Shown: in pieces, positions 1-11,738 of the stretch
How positions within the stretch are numbered: position 1 is the first letter of the stretch
Layout of the letters: every line of letters starts with the position of its first letter
Assembly: GCA_965240325.2 (NCBI GenBank)
Contig: OZ251248.1
Span: forward strand, 186,001-250,000
Source: Rebecca billardiae RCC1528
Lineage: Eukaryota > Protista > Haptophyta
Length of the DNA: 64,000 bases
Direction: 5' to 3'
The notes under the pieces: model-generated
What the model was told of the DNA's origin: nothing
The model's database searches: none
Seen by the model: only the letters and a program-made list of their open reading frames with translations
Program-made: the position numbers and the translations under genes

Positions 1-381
1 TCAGGCGACTCGGCGGCGGCGGCGGCCGTAGTCAGCGACAGCCGCAGCGGAACTTGTAGCTAGCTGCTAGCGCTGTCACGCCGTGATTACACGCGATGGG
101 ATATGCCATATGGCGCGACACGACTGCCATAGTCTGATGATGACCCTGACGGTCATCATCGTGATCGTGACGACGACATCGTCACGTCCATCGGCGTCGT
201 ACGTCAGCAGGCGCAGCAGTAAGCGAATATAACAAGCAGCGCGACATGTGAAATGACTGTCGACCGGCGGAACATGACGATAAGTCGTGATGACGATATG
301 ATCTGCGAGTGTGGTGCCATGCGGCGCGTCGGCACCGCGGCACGCGGGCTCGGGGCCCTCGAGTGGCACGCCGTGCCATCG

Positions 382-876
382 TCAGCCCTCCGCCGCCTCG
401 TCGTCCTGATCCACGTACACGCGCAGCTCAAAGTCGGGCGAGCGCGCGAAGCCAGCCGCGGGGTCGTCGAGGTCGTCGCGGTGGAAGACGGCGAACGCGC
501 TGCCTGCTGCCGCGCCCGGTGCGCCCAGGGTGGCTGCGGCGGGCTGCGGCGGCCCGGCGGTGGTGTGCGTGGCATGCGCCGGGCTCTCGCCGACGAAGCC
601 ACCGGCCACGGCGGCGGCCGGGGCGCCGCCCGGCGCACCCGCAGCCGCAGGCGCCTCCGCCGCGCCGCCGGTCGGCCCATGCCGCCGCAGCGCCACAAAG
701 GCCGCGTGAAAGTGCAACCGCCACTGGACCTCGGTCGCCAGCCCGAGGGCCGCGTGCGCGCTCAGCACCAGGCGCACGTCCGCGCTGGCCGCGAGCGCAT
801 GCGCCGCGCCGGCTGAGGCGGGGCTCGGCGCCGCCGGCGCGCCGCCCTCCTCCGTCGAGCGGCGAGCGGCGGCCAT

Positions 877-924
<48 letters not shown>

Positions 925-2106
925 CTCAGGGGGGGAGTCCAGCCGGAGCTCCACCGCCACCTCGCCGTCTGCGAGCCACGCGGCGAGCTGCGCGGCGGAG
1001 CGGCTGGTCGGCGGCTCCAGCCTCGCCCCGCTGCGCAGCGACCACGCCCGCCACGCGCCGCTCACCGCGCGCCGGCCCTCCCCGAGCGCGTCCAGCTGCA
1101 GACTCAGCGCCGCGCCGCCGCCTCCGGCCGAGCCGGCGGCCTGCGGCGAACCAAACGGGAGAGGCGGGCCAAAGGGCCCGCGGTGGGCGCCGCCGCTGAG
1201 GTCGAGGCCCGCGCTCGCGGCCCTGCCCAGCTCGAACCGCGCCGCGGCCTCCTCCTCGCCGTCCACCAGCGCGCGAGCCGCGCCGCCACTGCCGCCGCCA
1301 TCGGCGGACAGCTGCTGCGCCAGCCCACCCGCGCCGCCGCCCGCTGCCGCCGTCCACGGCGGCGGCGCGAGGACGACGCTCGGGTCGAGCAGCGCCGCGG
1401 CGCCGGCGTGGCACAGCACGAGGCGGCGGAGGCGCAGCGTGCGTGGCGCGGGCTGCACCTGCCCCGGCGCGCGGAACACGCGCTCGAAGTAGTGCGTGTA
1501 ACGAATCTGGCCTGCGCCGCGGCACGCGTCGCCGTCGCTCACGCGCGCCGCGCGAAAGAAGTGCAGCGCCGCGCTCGCGTCGGCGCACGCCGGGTGGCGG
1601 AGCGCGATGAGCAGGCTCGCGATCATCACGCCGGTGCGCCCCTTCCCCGCCTTGCAGTGCACGGCGATCACGTTGCGCTCGTCCGCCGCCAGCCACGCGC
1701 GCGCGTCAGCCACGAACAGCAGCAGAGCGTTCAGGGTCGGCGGGTGGTGGTCCGGGAAGGGGATGCGGATGGCTGAATGGAAGTGCGCCGGGTCGTAGTC
1801 GCGCTCGTCGCAGAGGTTGTACACGCGGTGGCACCCAGGGTGCTTCGCGTGCATGAACCGCGCCACGTCGAGGATCGAGTTCCTGTAAGCCGCCTCAATG
1901 TTGGTCGCTGGGAGGCCCATCGCAATGATGGTCGGCGTGATGTAGGTGAGGTCGAGGTCGAAGCCGTCGCCCTCGTAGCGGTACTTTGAGCCGGAGACGA
2001 GGTGCCGCGCCAGCCCGATCGGCGCGCGCACCAGCGGAGCGGACGCCGTCGCCACACCGCTCGCGACCGCCGAGGCGGTGCTCACGGCGTCGCGCCATTG
2101 CTGCAT
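382..2106 (-). CDS. PTEN: PTEN/TPTE-like phosphoinositide phosphatase with low-complexity C2-like C-terminal region
   Basis: Intronless 574-aa ORF with GFDLDLTYIT..IIAMG, YRNSI, VYNLC, FPDHHPP (WPD-like loop) and the PTEN P-loop HCKAGKGRTG. Confidence 0.9.
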
Positions 2107-2372
2107 CTCGGGCCGATAGCTAATGTGTGGCTGTGTGCGTCTCTTTTAAAAAAATTCTTAGTAAACTGTACTGTTCAGTGGATGTCAGTCGACACTCGTA
2201 TTCCGACGATGTTATTACTACAGTAGTGTATCATACTACTATACTAACAGTAGTAGTCTCAGAAGCGCTCGACTGAATCGCATCCGTTTTCGTCGTCAGG
2301 ATGCCGAGGACCGCCACCAAAGCTGAAAGCAGCCCGTCGCCCCGACGCCGCCCGCCAGCCGGCGCCGCGCGC

Positions 2373-4256
2373 TCAGTCGTCCTTGCCCGCGTCCGCGCGG
2401 TGCACCTTGGTGTCCGCGTTGAGCACCACCTGGCACACGCTCGCCAAGCCGAGCGCGACCGCGCACGCCGCAAAGAGCGTCGTCGAGCTGGCGATCGTGC
2501 TCCCCTGCGCACCACCGGGGCGGCGGGGCGGGCGGGAGGCGGCGGCGGTGTGTGTGTGAGGGCGAGGCCCGGGGTGGGAGGGCGGAGGGCGGGGCCACGA
2601 GGCCGCGCGTGCGCCGCCACGCCCGCCTGCGCCGGCCATCGTTCCGGGCGCTGTGGGCGGCGCGAGCCGTGCCGCGCGCCGCCGCGCGCCGCCGCGCACG
2701 CCTGCGCACCTTTGTGCCCGCCACCACAGCCATGTTGAGGGTGATCCGGTAGAAGTTGAGCACGGTGGAGTGGATGTTGGGCGGGATGACCCTGCGCGTG
2801 TCGGCGCCACGCGCCGCGCGTCAGGCGGCGTGCTCGCACGTCGCAGCGGCGAGGCGCGCGCTCGGCGCCCGTGCCGCGAGGCGCACGCTGCGGGCGCGCG
2901 GCCACGCACCTCGAGCGCAGCGTGGCGCATCCGGGGCCGAAGGCGCCGACGCAGGCCTCGAAGAGGAGGAACGCCGCGAGCACCGCCGGGAACGAGTCCA
3001 CTGCCACCGGCGTCGCCAGCACGAGGGTCGAGACGATCAGCGTCGCCGCGACCGCGTGCCTCGAGTCGAGCGCGCGCGTCATCAGCTCGAACACGGTCGA
3101 GCCCGACGCGATGCAGAGCATGAAGCAGGCGAAGACCAGGCCGTGCGGGAACGGGGCGGCGGAGGCGGGCGCGAGCGGCTCGAGCATCGGCACCCAGTTG
3201 AACACGAACGTGTACATCGCGCCCTCGAACAGCGACTGCACGAGCCCGAGCAGCCACAGGCTCGGCTGTGTGCGCATCGCGCGCACGGCGAGGGACAGCG
3301 ACGCGCTGACCTCTGCTGTCTGGTCGCCATAGTTCTCGGACCAGGGCGTGATCTGCAGCAGGGCGACGACGGTGAGCGCGATGGCGCCCTGGAACGGCCC
3401 GATGTTCCCCAGGCCCAGGTTCACCGTGAGCACCTGCGCCAGCAGCCCCGCCGCGATGGCCATGATGCCGTTGAGCGCGCCGTTCAGCGAGAAGGTTCGC
3501 TCCAGCCAGTGTTCCGGGAAGTTTCGGGAACGGTGCTCGGAGACGAGCCACGCCTCGAAGGCGGAGAAGAGGAGCGAGGTGGAGATCCCGCCGAGCACGC
3601 GCCCGAGCAGGAGCAGCGGCATCGACGGGAAGTGCTCCAGGATGTTGATCACCACCTGCGCACGCGGAGTGCGCCGGGGGCGCGTGGGCGTGCGCGCGGG
3701 GCCGCGCGTGTGAGCACTCGTGCGCACGCCGGCGCGAGCGGCGTCAGTCGTGCCGGCGCGGCCGGGCACGGCCGAGCTCGTGGCGCACCTCGAGCACGCA
3801 GTACAGCAGGCATCCGTTCTTCCGGCCGAACCGGTCGACGAACGGGCCAATCACGGTCGAGAAGACGGCGCCAGACCCAAAGCCCGTGAGGAAGAGGTTG
3901 CCAATGTCGTCCTTTGAGAGCTCGTACGACGCGTAGAGCGCGTACATGTGCGTGCCCTGCAGCCAGTCGGCGAGCATGATCGTGCAGTACGCCATCCCCC
4001 AGCGCCACTGGAACGCGCGGTACTCCGCGTTCGTCCCGGTCGCCGCGTGCCCATTCTTCGCGGCGCCGTTGTTGTTGCTCTTCACCGGCGGCTCTTCGGC
4101 CGCCTCGCGAAGGCGCTGCACGATTTGGAGCGTGGCGTACACGACGCAGAGCGATGCGAACAGGACGATAGACCACGCCGGGCAGTCCAGCGCGCGCTCG
4201 AGCGCGTCCCACGCGATCAGATTCGCCGATGGCGGCGACGGCGCTGGTCTCCCCAT
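2373..4256 (-). CDS. MFS molybdate-anion transporter (MFSD5/MOT2 family), 4 exons
   Basis: Exons 4256-3789, 3655-2910, 2791-2710, 2504-2373 join in frame (475 aa). Motifs ADWLQG.HMYALY, DRFGRK, GRVLGGISTSLLFSAFEAW, QSLFEGAMYTFVFNW, NFYR. Confidence 0.9.
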
Positions 4257-5507
4257 CGTGGACGCGTGCCACCGTTGATGACCTGCGAATCCTGGGCTTT
4301 CAGCTTGCTGTTCATGAGCTGGCTGGTTCAGACCCAGCCGTTTCGTGGTACCCACGAACAATAAATTGCTCCGTGCGGAGCGGCTGGGAAAGTCCAGCAA
4401 GGGCCTGAAAGGAGATCCGGCCACGAGGGCCTCGGCGTGCCGCCCGCCCGCGTGCCGACGCGCCGTCGCGCTCGCGGCTGTGACGCGTCGGCGGTCGCGC
4501 GCGCGGCTCTCGCGCGAGTCGGATGGACGTGGATCCCTCTTCGCCGGCGCCTCCACCTGGTGAGCGGTGCTCTCCCCCCCTTCGCGCTCGCCGCGCACTG
4601 CTTCTGTCCCAGAGTGCGGTCTGTGGGGCACCGCGCGTACGCGTGGCCGGGCACCTCGCAAAACCTTCGCGGGCAACACTTTTGAGTGGCTGGCATGGGG
4701 GGGGACAATGTGTACCGTGAGCTGAGTGGCTACCCGTGTGCGAGCGCGGAGGGGCCAGCCCTCTTTTTCGGCCACACGTCTCACACTGTTCCATGGCCCG
4801 TTCTACCTTGTGTCCGTGTGCACGTACAAGTGGAGCAGGGCGGGGTGGGCGGCCCTTATCGCCGTCGGATGAGACCCAAAGATAGCATGTGCCACGCCGC
4901 ACCGCGCTGCACCACCAGCCAACAATCTGGGCGGGCGGTACCGGCGATCTGCGCGGCGCGATGGGCACGGGCAGCATGCCTGCCAGCATGACGGCGAACA
5001 CGGCAAACCGCCTGCAAATCAGGTTCAACGCGGTCTGAACTCCGCGAATCCGGATTTCACGCACGGGAAGACCGAAACGCTTTTCCACTGGATATCGCTA
5101 GCCGCTCCGCGGGGCCGCGGAGCGGCCTCCCAAAAGGAGCGGCGGGTCTGAACTAGCCAGGTTCATGAGCACCGACCGTCGACTCGTCGAGGGCAAACTT
5201 CCATAGGAAGGCGGCGGGTACGACCCATATAGGCGGGTAAGGGCACGTGGCCTGATGCTTCTATCATAACTATGGGGCTCGAGCTTCGAACATCCAGGGA
5301 CCTCATCGTAAATCGTAAATCGTTGGGTACCCAGTCCGGCTCTAGGCTCGTTCCTCGGTCCGGGAGGGGTGGTGACCTCGTCGCGCGCACGGCCTCGCGC
5401 CGCGCTCAAAGCAACAAGCACACGGGGGGCTCGCTAAGGGGCGAGGTCGGCGCGGGTGAGTGGTGAGCGGAGGCTCCGGGAGCCTGTGCAGAGCGGGAGA
5501 AGCGACG

Positions 5508-6284
5508 ATGGAGGGCGAGCAGGGCCGTGAGGGGATGTACATGGAGGGCCAGTACCAGGGCGAGCAGCCGATGTACCCGCCGCAGCAGGGCGGCGAGGTG
5601 CGGCCGGGCGACTGGTCGTGCCCGACGTGCGGCGCGAACGTGTTCGCGAGCAAGTCGAGCTGCTTCCGCTGCCAGACGCCGAAGCCGGGGATGGAGCCGC
5701 AGCAGGGCATGTACCGCGGCGGCCCGCCGCAGCAGGGCGGCGACGTGCGCCCGGGTGACTGGTCGTGCCCGCAGTGCGGCGCGAACGTCTTCGCAAGCAA
5801 GAATTCCTGCTTCCGCTGCAACACGCCCAAGCCCGGCGGCGGCGGGTACGGCGGCGGCGGCGGGTACGGCGGCGGCGGGTACGGCGGTGGCGGGTACGGC
5901 GGCGGCTACGGTGGCGCTGGCGGCGGCGGCGGCTTCCGTGGTGGCGGCGGCGGCGGCGGTGGTGACGTCCGCCCCGGCGACTGGGCGTGCCCGGGCTGCG
6001 GCGCCAACGTCTTTGCCAGCAAGAACACCTGCTTCCGCTGCAACACGCCCAAGCCCGGCGGCGGCGGGTACGACGGCGGCGGCGGGTACGGCGGCGGCGG
6101 GTACGGTGGCGGCGGCGGCGGCGGCTTCCGTGGTGGCGGCGGCGGCGGCGGCGGCGGCGACGTCCGCCCCGGCGACTGGGCGTGCCCGGGCTGCGGCGCC
6201 AACGTCTTTGCCAGCAAGAACACCTGCTTCCGCTGCAACACGCCCAAGCCCGGTGACGGCGGGGGCCCGCCTGGCGGCTACTGA
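5508..6284 (+). CDS. RNA-binding protein with four RanBP2-type zinc fingers and Gly/Tyr-rich linkers
   Basis: Four copies of RPGDW-x-C-x2-C-GANVFASK-x2-CFRC-x-TPKP separated by GGGY/RGG low-complexity tracts; ATG at 5508. Confidence 0.9.
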   Translation: MEGEQGREGMYMEGQYQGEQPMYPPQQGGEVRPGDWSCPTCGANVFASKSSCFRCQTPKPGMEPQQGMYRGGPPQQGGDVRPGDWSCPQCGANVFASKNSCFRCNTPKPGGGGYGGGGGYGGGGYGGGGYGGGYGGAGGGGGFRGGGGGGGGDVRPGDWACPGCGANVFASKNTCFRCNTPKPGGGGYDGGGGYGGGGYGGGGGGGFRGGGGGGGGGDVRPGDWACPGCGANVFASKNTCFRCNTPKPGDGGGPPGGY

Positions 6285-6879
6285 GTGGAGCGCGCTCGGT
6301 TTCAAGGATGGGGCTGCGCACAGCGCTTGGCGGCTGCGCTCTCGCAGCGGCCGCTGAGCGGTGCCGGGCTGCGGCGAGTGGCTCCTGCTGGCTCGCGGCA
6401 GCCCCGAGCCCCGCGCTGGAGTGAGCAGGATGCGTCGCGCGCGCCAGCGGCTCGCGGCGGCCGCGGCGCGGGCAGCGAGCCCGCGCCGCGCGCCCAAGAG
6501 CCGTGCACCGACAAGGCGCAGTGGGCTTCCGTTCGGCGCGGCGATTAATGGTGTGTTCAGTGTTGATGGCGGTGGGCGCCTCGTGGCTCGCTGCCGTCCC
6601 CGGAGTGGACGGCGCGGACTGGTTGTCTGCCCGGCAGCCGGCTCCGCGACGGGCAGCACTTGCCACTTCGCGAATACGACGAGCAGGCTTTGTTTACACG
6701 CGTCAGTCACTCTTCAGAGTGCATCGGTCATCGGAGGCTCGCCGCGGCGCTGTGCGTCTGCGCTGAGCACGGGTCAGACCGGATCCCCTGATGCCGACTG
6801 ACGGTCCGACTCAGATCAGACGATAGTCGATGTTAGTAATTGATGTCGCACTTCGCAGTCGTACCGACGCACGGTCCCG

Positions 6880-6913
6880 GTCCGGAGTCCGGAGTCCGGA
6901 GTCCGGAGTCCGG
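6880..6913. repeat. Short tandem repeat (GTCCGGA)n
   Basis: gtccggagtccggagtccggagtccggagtccgg read directly. Confidence 0.8.
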
Positions 6914-7308
6914 CCGGGCACGGAGACGCCGACGGCGTGCCGCGACTCACTGGCGCGAGACGGGTGCCGCGGTGCCGCCGGCCGCGCCCGGCGCGCATCG
7001 TACTCGTAGTAACGCACCTCGCTGCTTCTGTCCGCTGTTACTTGTTAGGCTCAGCGCACGCTGCGCGGGCTGTACTCTGGAGCGGCTGCGGATTCACGCA
7101 GGCAGCAGCTAGCAGGCTGTGCCGCCGCAGCATTCGGAGCTCCAGCAACCCACTCGGACCTCCCCAAGTCATCAGCACGCCGGCAGCGCGCCGCCAGCAC
7201 TCCGCGGCACGCCGCGAGGCGCGAGCAGACCCGTCCGCGGAAATCGCACCGGTCCGGTGGATGGACCGGAACCGGTGTGACGGACAAGTACGGGCGTGGC
7301 GGCAGGTC

Positions 7309-8874
7309 TCATGCCTCGCACGCGGAGAGCAGCGCTGAGCTCGTGTTCAGGCGCACAACCTCGACGGCGTCGTCCTTGGACGCCGCCACAAAGACATAGG
7401 GGATGTCAGCCACGCGCACGAGCCGCACCGCGAGCGGCGACTCGAGCAGCGCGCCCGCCGCGCCGTGCGCCAGACCGCCCGCGTCCTTGGGCGCGGAGGG
7501 CGTGGAGAGGTCGACGAGCTGCAGGCCGTTCGCGTCGTACCCCGCGACGAGCGCGAGGGTGCAGTTGCCGTGCGCGAGGGCGGCGACGCTCGACGCGCCG
7601 CCGAGCATGGCGAACGCCGGCTTGCTGCCGCGCTCGAGCGCCACCGCTGACACGGGCCGTGGCCGCGCGGGGTTTGCGAGGTCGACCACTTGCAAGCCGC
7701 CGCCCGGCGCGCCGGCCGCGCGCCCGGCGGTCTCGGAGGTGACGAGCGCGAGCAGCCCGGCGGCGGTGCGGATGAAGCTCGCGCTGCTCGGCGCGCCCAG
7801 CGCCTGGTACCCGCCCGCCCCGTCCGAGAGCCGCGGCAGCAGCTGCGGCCGCTCCGGGTCCGAGACGTCAAGCAGCTGAACGGCGTCGCCGTTGTAGAGG
7901 CAGACTAACAGCACCCAGCTGGGCGCGCCGGAGTCGGCGGCGCGGCCGGTGGCGTCGTCGACGTGGGTGAGGGCGAGCGCCTGCGGGCCGCCGAGGAAGC
8001 GCGCCGCCGCGAGCGCGCGCGGCGCGCCGGGGTTCCCCACGTCCACCACCTGCACGCCGCCGCCCCTGTACGCGGACACAAACGCCACCGCCCGATCGGC
8101 AATCGTACCGGCCGCGACCGAGTGCGCGCCTTCGAGCAGGTCGAAGCCGCCGTCGCCTTGGTGCGCCCACGCCGTGGCGTGCGGCTCGAAGGGCGGGTCG
8201 AGCCGGATGATCTGCAGCCCGTCGCCCGTGAACGACGCGACCAGCGCGTGCGGCGTGCCGCGGATCTCCATCGTCTCGAGGCCCGACGGAGATTCGAGTT
8301 GGAATCCATGTTCGCCGTGTCGCGCCGTGCCCTGCAGGAGCGGGCGCGCCGGGTCCTCGATGTTGGCGACGTGGAGCGCGTGGTCGAGCATCGAGGTGAG
8401 CAGCGCGTAGCTCCGCCCCTGCCACTCGCAGAACGCGAGGCCGCGCACGCCGTCCAGCGTGTCCAGCCCGTCGCCCGTGAGGTTGGCCACCGGCCTTGCG
8501 ACCGGGTAGGACGGTTGCGCCGGCACGCTCGGCCGCACCGGGCAGCCGCGCTTGAGGCCGCACTGGAGGCCGCAGCACGCGCACAGGCAGTAGGCGCGAT
8601 CCGTGCCCCGCGGGTCCTCGTACCCCCACGACGACGCGCACTTGGCCCCCGCGTAGCACTTGCGCGCGACGCACTTGCCGCAGCCTTTGTTGCTTTTCTT
8701 CTTCTCCGCATCGCCGCTCCACACGAGCGGGTGCGGCGGTGGCGCCGCGGACACGCCAGGGCGCGATGAGCGGGCGAAGTGCGTTGGAAGCTCGGCGTGC
8801 GCGGCGAGGAGCACGACCGCCGCCACAGCGGCGCCGCCGAGCGCCACCCGCCTGGCGACCGGGCTGGGGGCCAT
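7309..8874 (-). CDS. LVIVD-repeat (beta-propeller-like) protein with N-terminal signal anchor and Cys-rich segment
   Basis: Starts MAPSPVARR followed by a hydrophobic stretch, then a Cys cluster, then repeats ALHVANIEDPARP, GLQIIRLDPP, GVQVVDVGNPGAP, AVQLLDVSDPERP, GLQVVDLANPARP, GLQLVDLSTPSAP. Confidence 0.75.
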   Translation of the reverse strand: MAPSPVARRVALGGAAVAAVVLLAAHAELPTHFARSSRPGVSAAPPPHPLVWSGDAEKKKSNKGCGKCVARKCYAGAKCASSWGYEDPRGTDRAYCLCACCGLQCGLKRGCPVRPSVPAQPSYPVARPVANLTGDGLDTLDGVRGLAFCEWQGRSYALLTSMLDHALHVANIEDPARPLLQGTARHGEHGFQLESPSGLETMEIRGTPHALVASFTGDGLQIIRLDPPFEPHATAWAHQGDGGFDLLEGAHSVAAGTIADRAVAFVSAYRGGGVQVVDVGNPGAPRALAAARFLGGPQALALTHVDDATGRAADSGAPSWVLLVCLYNGDAVQLLDVSDPERPQLLPRLSDGAGGYQALGAPSSASFIRTAAGLLALVTSETAGRAAGAPGGGLQVVDLANPARPRPVSAVALERGSKPAFAMLGGASSVAALAHGNCTLALVAGYDANGLQLVDLSTPSAPKDAGGLAHGAAGALLESPLAVRLVRVADIPYVFVAASKDDAVEVVRLNTSSALLSACEA

Positions 8875-9060
8875 TGTGCGCCGGGTAAGAGGCGGTTGGC
8901 CCAATAATCCGGCGGATCCCACCGCGGGCCGGTGTCGCCGGTGAAAACGCCGAGCGTGTGCGGGCCAACTACATGGAACTACCCGCGTGTGCGGGCAGCT
9001 TGGCGGGGCAGCCGTTGGCGCAGCCTCGCGTGAGCAAGCTGCCAAGCTGCGTTCGAGCAC

Positions 9061-10512
9061 ATGGCCGCCTCCGCCGCCAGTTCGTGGCGCTCGCTGCCGG
9101 CGCAGCCGCGCGCCGGCGTCGCGGGCGAGGAGGAGGAGGTCGTCCGCTTCCTCGCGTGGAACACTGGCCGCCCGTTCGACCACGAGCTCGACGCCGCCCG
9201 GCGCTCCGGCCACCACGAGGCCGGCAGCTGGATTGAACGGCACAGCCGAGCGGTCGCGGACGAGGTCGAGGACGAGGAGCGGCACGCGGCGCTCGCGGCG
9301 ATGTTCGACGTGCGTGACGAGATGCTGCGCGTCGAGACGGACCTGCACAGTTGCCTCGCCGACGCCGCCGACGCGCTGCGCCAGAGTGCTCAGAGCTCGC
9401 GCGAACGCGCGGAGGCGGTCGCTCACTCGCCGCCACCCGGAGCGGACGTGGCCGGCGCGCTGATCGGCGACCTGTGCGCGATGACGCTGCGCCACCTGGC
9501 GAGCGTGCAGCCGCTGCGCGCGGCCGTGGACGCGCTCGTCGCCAGCGGCGTCGCGCGCGCCAGCGCGCAGCACCCGCTCGAGCCCTTCCTCCGCAGCTTT
9601 GACAGGCTGCTGCGCGAGGTGGCCGCAGTGGCCGGAGCCGCCAGCATGGCCGCCGCTCCCGGGGCCCAGGCTGGGATGACGGGCGCGGCCGCGGCCGCCG
9701 CGTCGGGTGCGCAGGCGGGTGGGCACGCCGTGGCGGCCTCGCTTACGCCGTCCGGCGCGCCCGCGCTGGGTGCGGCCAACGCCTCGCTGGCGACGCTCGG
9801 CGGCGCGGCGCCGCACGGCGCGAGCGCGCACGCGGCGCCCGCTCTGCCCTGCGCCGAGACGCCGGGCCAGGGCCCCACCCCGCCGCACCTGGTGTCGCTC
9901 GAGGCTGCTCAGGCTCGCGCAGCCGCCGCTCGGGCGAGTGGGCCGCGCGGGTGGGATGGCGCCGGGCGCCCGCCGCTCGACGAGCGCCACCTGCGCCTCG
10001 CCGCCGCCCTCGGCGCGCGGCGCCGAGCCGAGCTGCTGCTCCAAGCGTGGCGGCGCGGCGTGGCGCGCACCGTGCGGCGCGCGCGCCTGCGCGCGCGCGC
10101 GCTCTCGCACCGGCGGCGGCTGAGGCTTGCGCTGGGCATGCGCGCGCTCGCTGCCGTGCTCGCGCGCGCGCGCGCGAGCGCGCGCAAGGCAGAGTGCCGC
10201 ACGTATGCGCACGCACTCGTCGCCGTGCGCGAGCGGCTGCGCGCCGCCCTCGAAGAGCACGCGGACGCGGACGCTGAGGCTGGCGCGGCGGCGGCTCAGG
10301 CGAGCGGCGGCGCGGCCGGCGGCGGTGCGGCCGGGGCGCGTCGTGCCGCGGCTGGGGCAGAGCCGCCCTGGGCGGTGCGAGAGGCGGCGGCGCTGCAGAT
10401 GCCGCGGCAAGCGCAGCGTTCGCAGCGCGCGCTGTCTGCGAGCCGGAGAGGGCGGCACGCAGCAGGCGCTGACGATGACTGGTACGATCACCACGACATC
10501 TCGCCTGCCTGA
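9061..10512 (+). CDS. Hypothetical helical/coiled-coil protein
   Basis: 483-aa ORF with coding-like N-terminal helical region (VRFLAWN...MFDVRDEMLRVETDL); divergent from the LVIVD gene; no domain recognised. Confidence 0.55.
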   Translation: MAASAASSWRSLPAQPRAGVAGEEEEVVRFLAWNTGRPFDHELDAARRSGHHEAGSWIERHSRAVADEVEDEERHAALAAMFDVRDEMLRVETDLHSCLADAADALRQSAQSSRERAEAVAHSPPPGADVAGALIGDLCAMTLRHLASVQPLRAAVDALVASGVARASAQHPLEPFLRSFDRLLREVAAVAGAASMAAAPGAQAGMTGAAAAAASGAQAGGHAVAASLTPSGAPALGAANASLATLGGAAPHGASAHAAPALPCAETPGQGPTPPHLVSLEAAQARAAAARASGPRGWDGAGRPPLDERHLRLAAALGARRRAELLLQAWRRGVARTVRRARLRARALSHRRRLRLALGMRALAAVLARARASARKAECRTYAHALVAVRERLRAALEEHADADAEAGAAAAQASGGAAGGGAAGARRAAAGAEPPWAVREAAALQMPRQAQRSQRALSASRRGRHAAGADDDWYDHHDISPA

Positions 10513-10859
10513 GCTGTATGCGTCTCTTACTGTATTCTTTTAGTAGTAAACTGCTGCATGTCTGACAGTCGTTTCTAAGCAGAAAGAATACTTTACCGCG
10601 CGATCGCACTCGACACTCGTTCGTTTGCTCATCACTTTATGGGCATCACTTTATTGCTCGTCAGCAAACGGCTCGATGGCGTCAGAATACAGTTTACTAT
10701 GTTTTAACGTGCACACTTGGTTAACAGACCGGCGCAGGCAGGTGAGGGGCGCGTTGCCGGCTTGCCGCACCAATGGACTATCGGTTGGAAACGTCGCGGC
10801 GACTCGGCGTCCTATCTCGCCCTCAATCTGAAACTCGTCGCACGAACGCGTCGAGCAAC

Positions 10860-11738
10860 ATGACCTCCGACGGCGCGGCGCAGCAGCGCATCGTGCTGAT
10901 CACCGGCGGCACATCGGGCGTCGGCAAGGGGCTCGCAATCACGCTGGCCAAGCGTGGCGACGCCGTCCACTTCGTCGGATCCTCCGCCGAGAAGGGCCGC
11001 CAGCTGGAGGAGGAGCTGAGCGCGCTCGGCGCGCGCGGCTGCCGATTCGTGCAGTGCGACCTCTCCAGCGTCAAGGCTACGCAGGCGATGGCGCGCAGGC
11101 TGAGCACCGAGCTGCCGAAGCTAGACCTCCTCATCGCGTCCGCGGGCATCATGCCGGGCAACGAGTTCCGCCAGACCGCCGAGGGCATCGAGGTTTCGCT
11201 CGCAGTCTGCTACCTGAGCGCTTACGTGCTTGGCACCGAGCTGACGCCCCTTCTGGCCAAGGGCGAGCACCCGCAGGTGATACACGTGGCCGGGGACCTG
11301 GACAACATGATGAGGCCGCGCCCCGACTTCAAGGTCATCAACACCCCCGAGGCGAACAAAGGGAAGGGCTTCCAGAACGCGAGGGACGCGGTCCATCTCA
11401 AGACGATCTGGACGCAGGCGCTCGCTGAGGCGCTCAAGCCGCAGGGGGTGGACGTCAACGCCTTCGACCCTTTCCTGGTCAGGTCGGACATCTCAAAGAA
11501 CATGAGCTTCCCCATGAAGCAAGTCATGATCATCAGCCAGATGCTCATGGGCTCAGACGTCGCGGTGGCCGGCGTCTACCTCGCCACCTCTGCAGAGGTG
11601 CATGGCACCACGGGGCACATCTGGCGAGCCAAGGCGTCGCTCAAGGCGGCCGTGCCGCTCCGCTTCGAGCCGGCGGTTGTGGAGGAGACCAAGCGCTTCA
11701 CTGAGCAGCTGGTGGCGAAAGCACTCGCGACGGGTTGA
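10860..11738 (+). CDS. Short-chain dehydrogenase/reductase (atypical)
   Basis: VLITGGTSGVGKG (TGxxxGxG), FVQCDLSS, LDLLIASAG, VNAFDP; intronless; ATG at 10860. Confidence 0.85.
   Translation: MTSDGAAQQRIVLITGGTSGVGKGLAITLAKRGDAVHFVGSSAEKGRQLEEELSALGARGCRFVQCDLSSVKATQAMARRLSTELPKLDLLIASAGIMPGNEFRQTAEGIEVSLAVCYLSAYVLGTELTPLLAKGEHPQVIHVAGDLDNMMRPRPDFKVINTPEANKGKGFQNARDAVHLKTIWTQALAEALKPQGVDVNAFDPFLVRSDISKNMSFPMKQVMIISQMLMGSDVAVAGVYLATSAEVHGTTGHIWRAKASLKAAVPLRFEPAVVEETKRFTEQLVAKALATG

Noticed and set aside
8875-10494. N-terminal half of the 1061-aa minus-strand ORF
   Set aside because: Arg/Ala-rich antisense shadow of the 9061-10512 plus-strand ORF; the credible start is the ATG at 8874.
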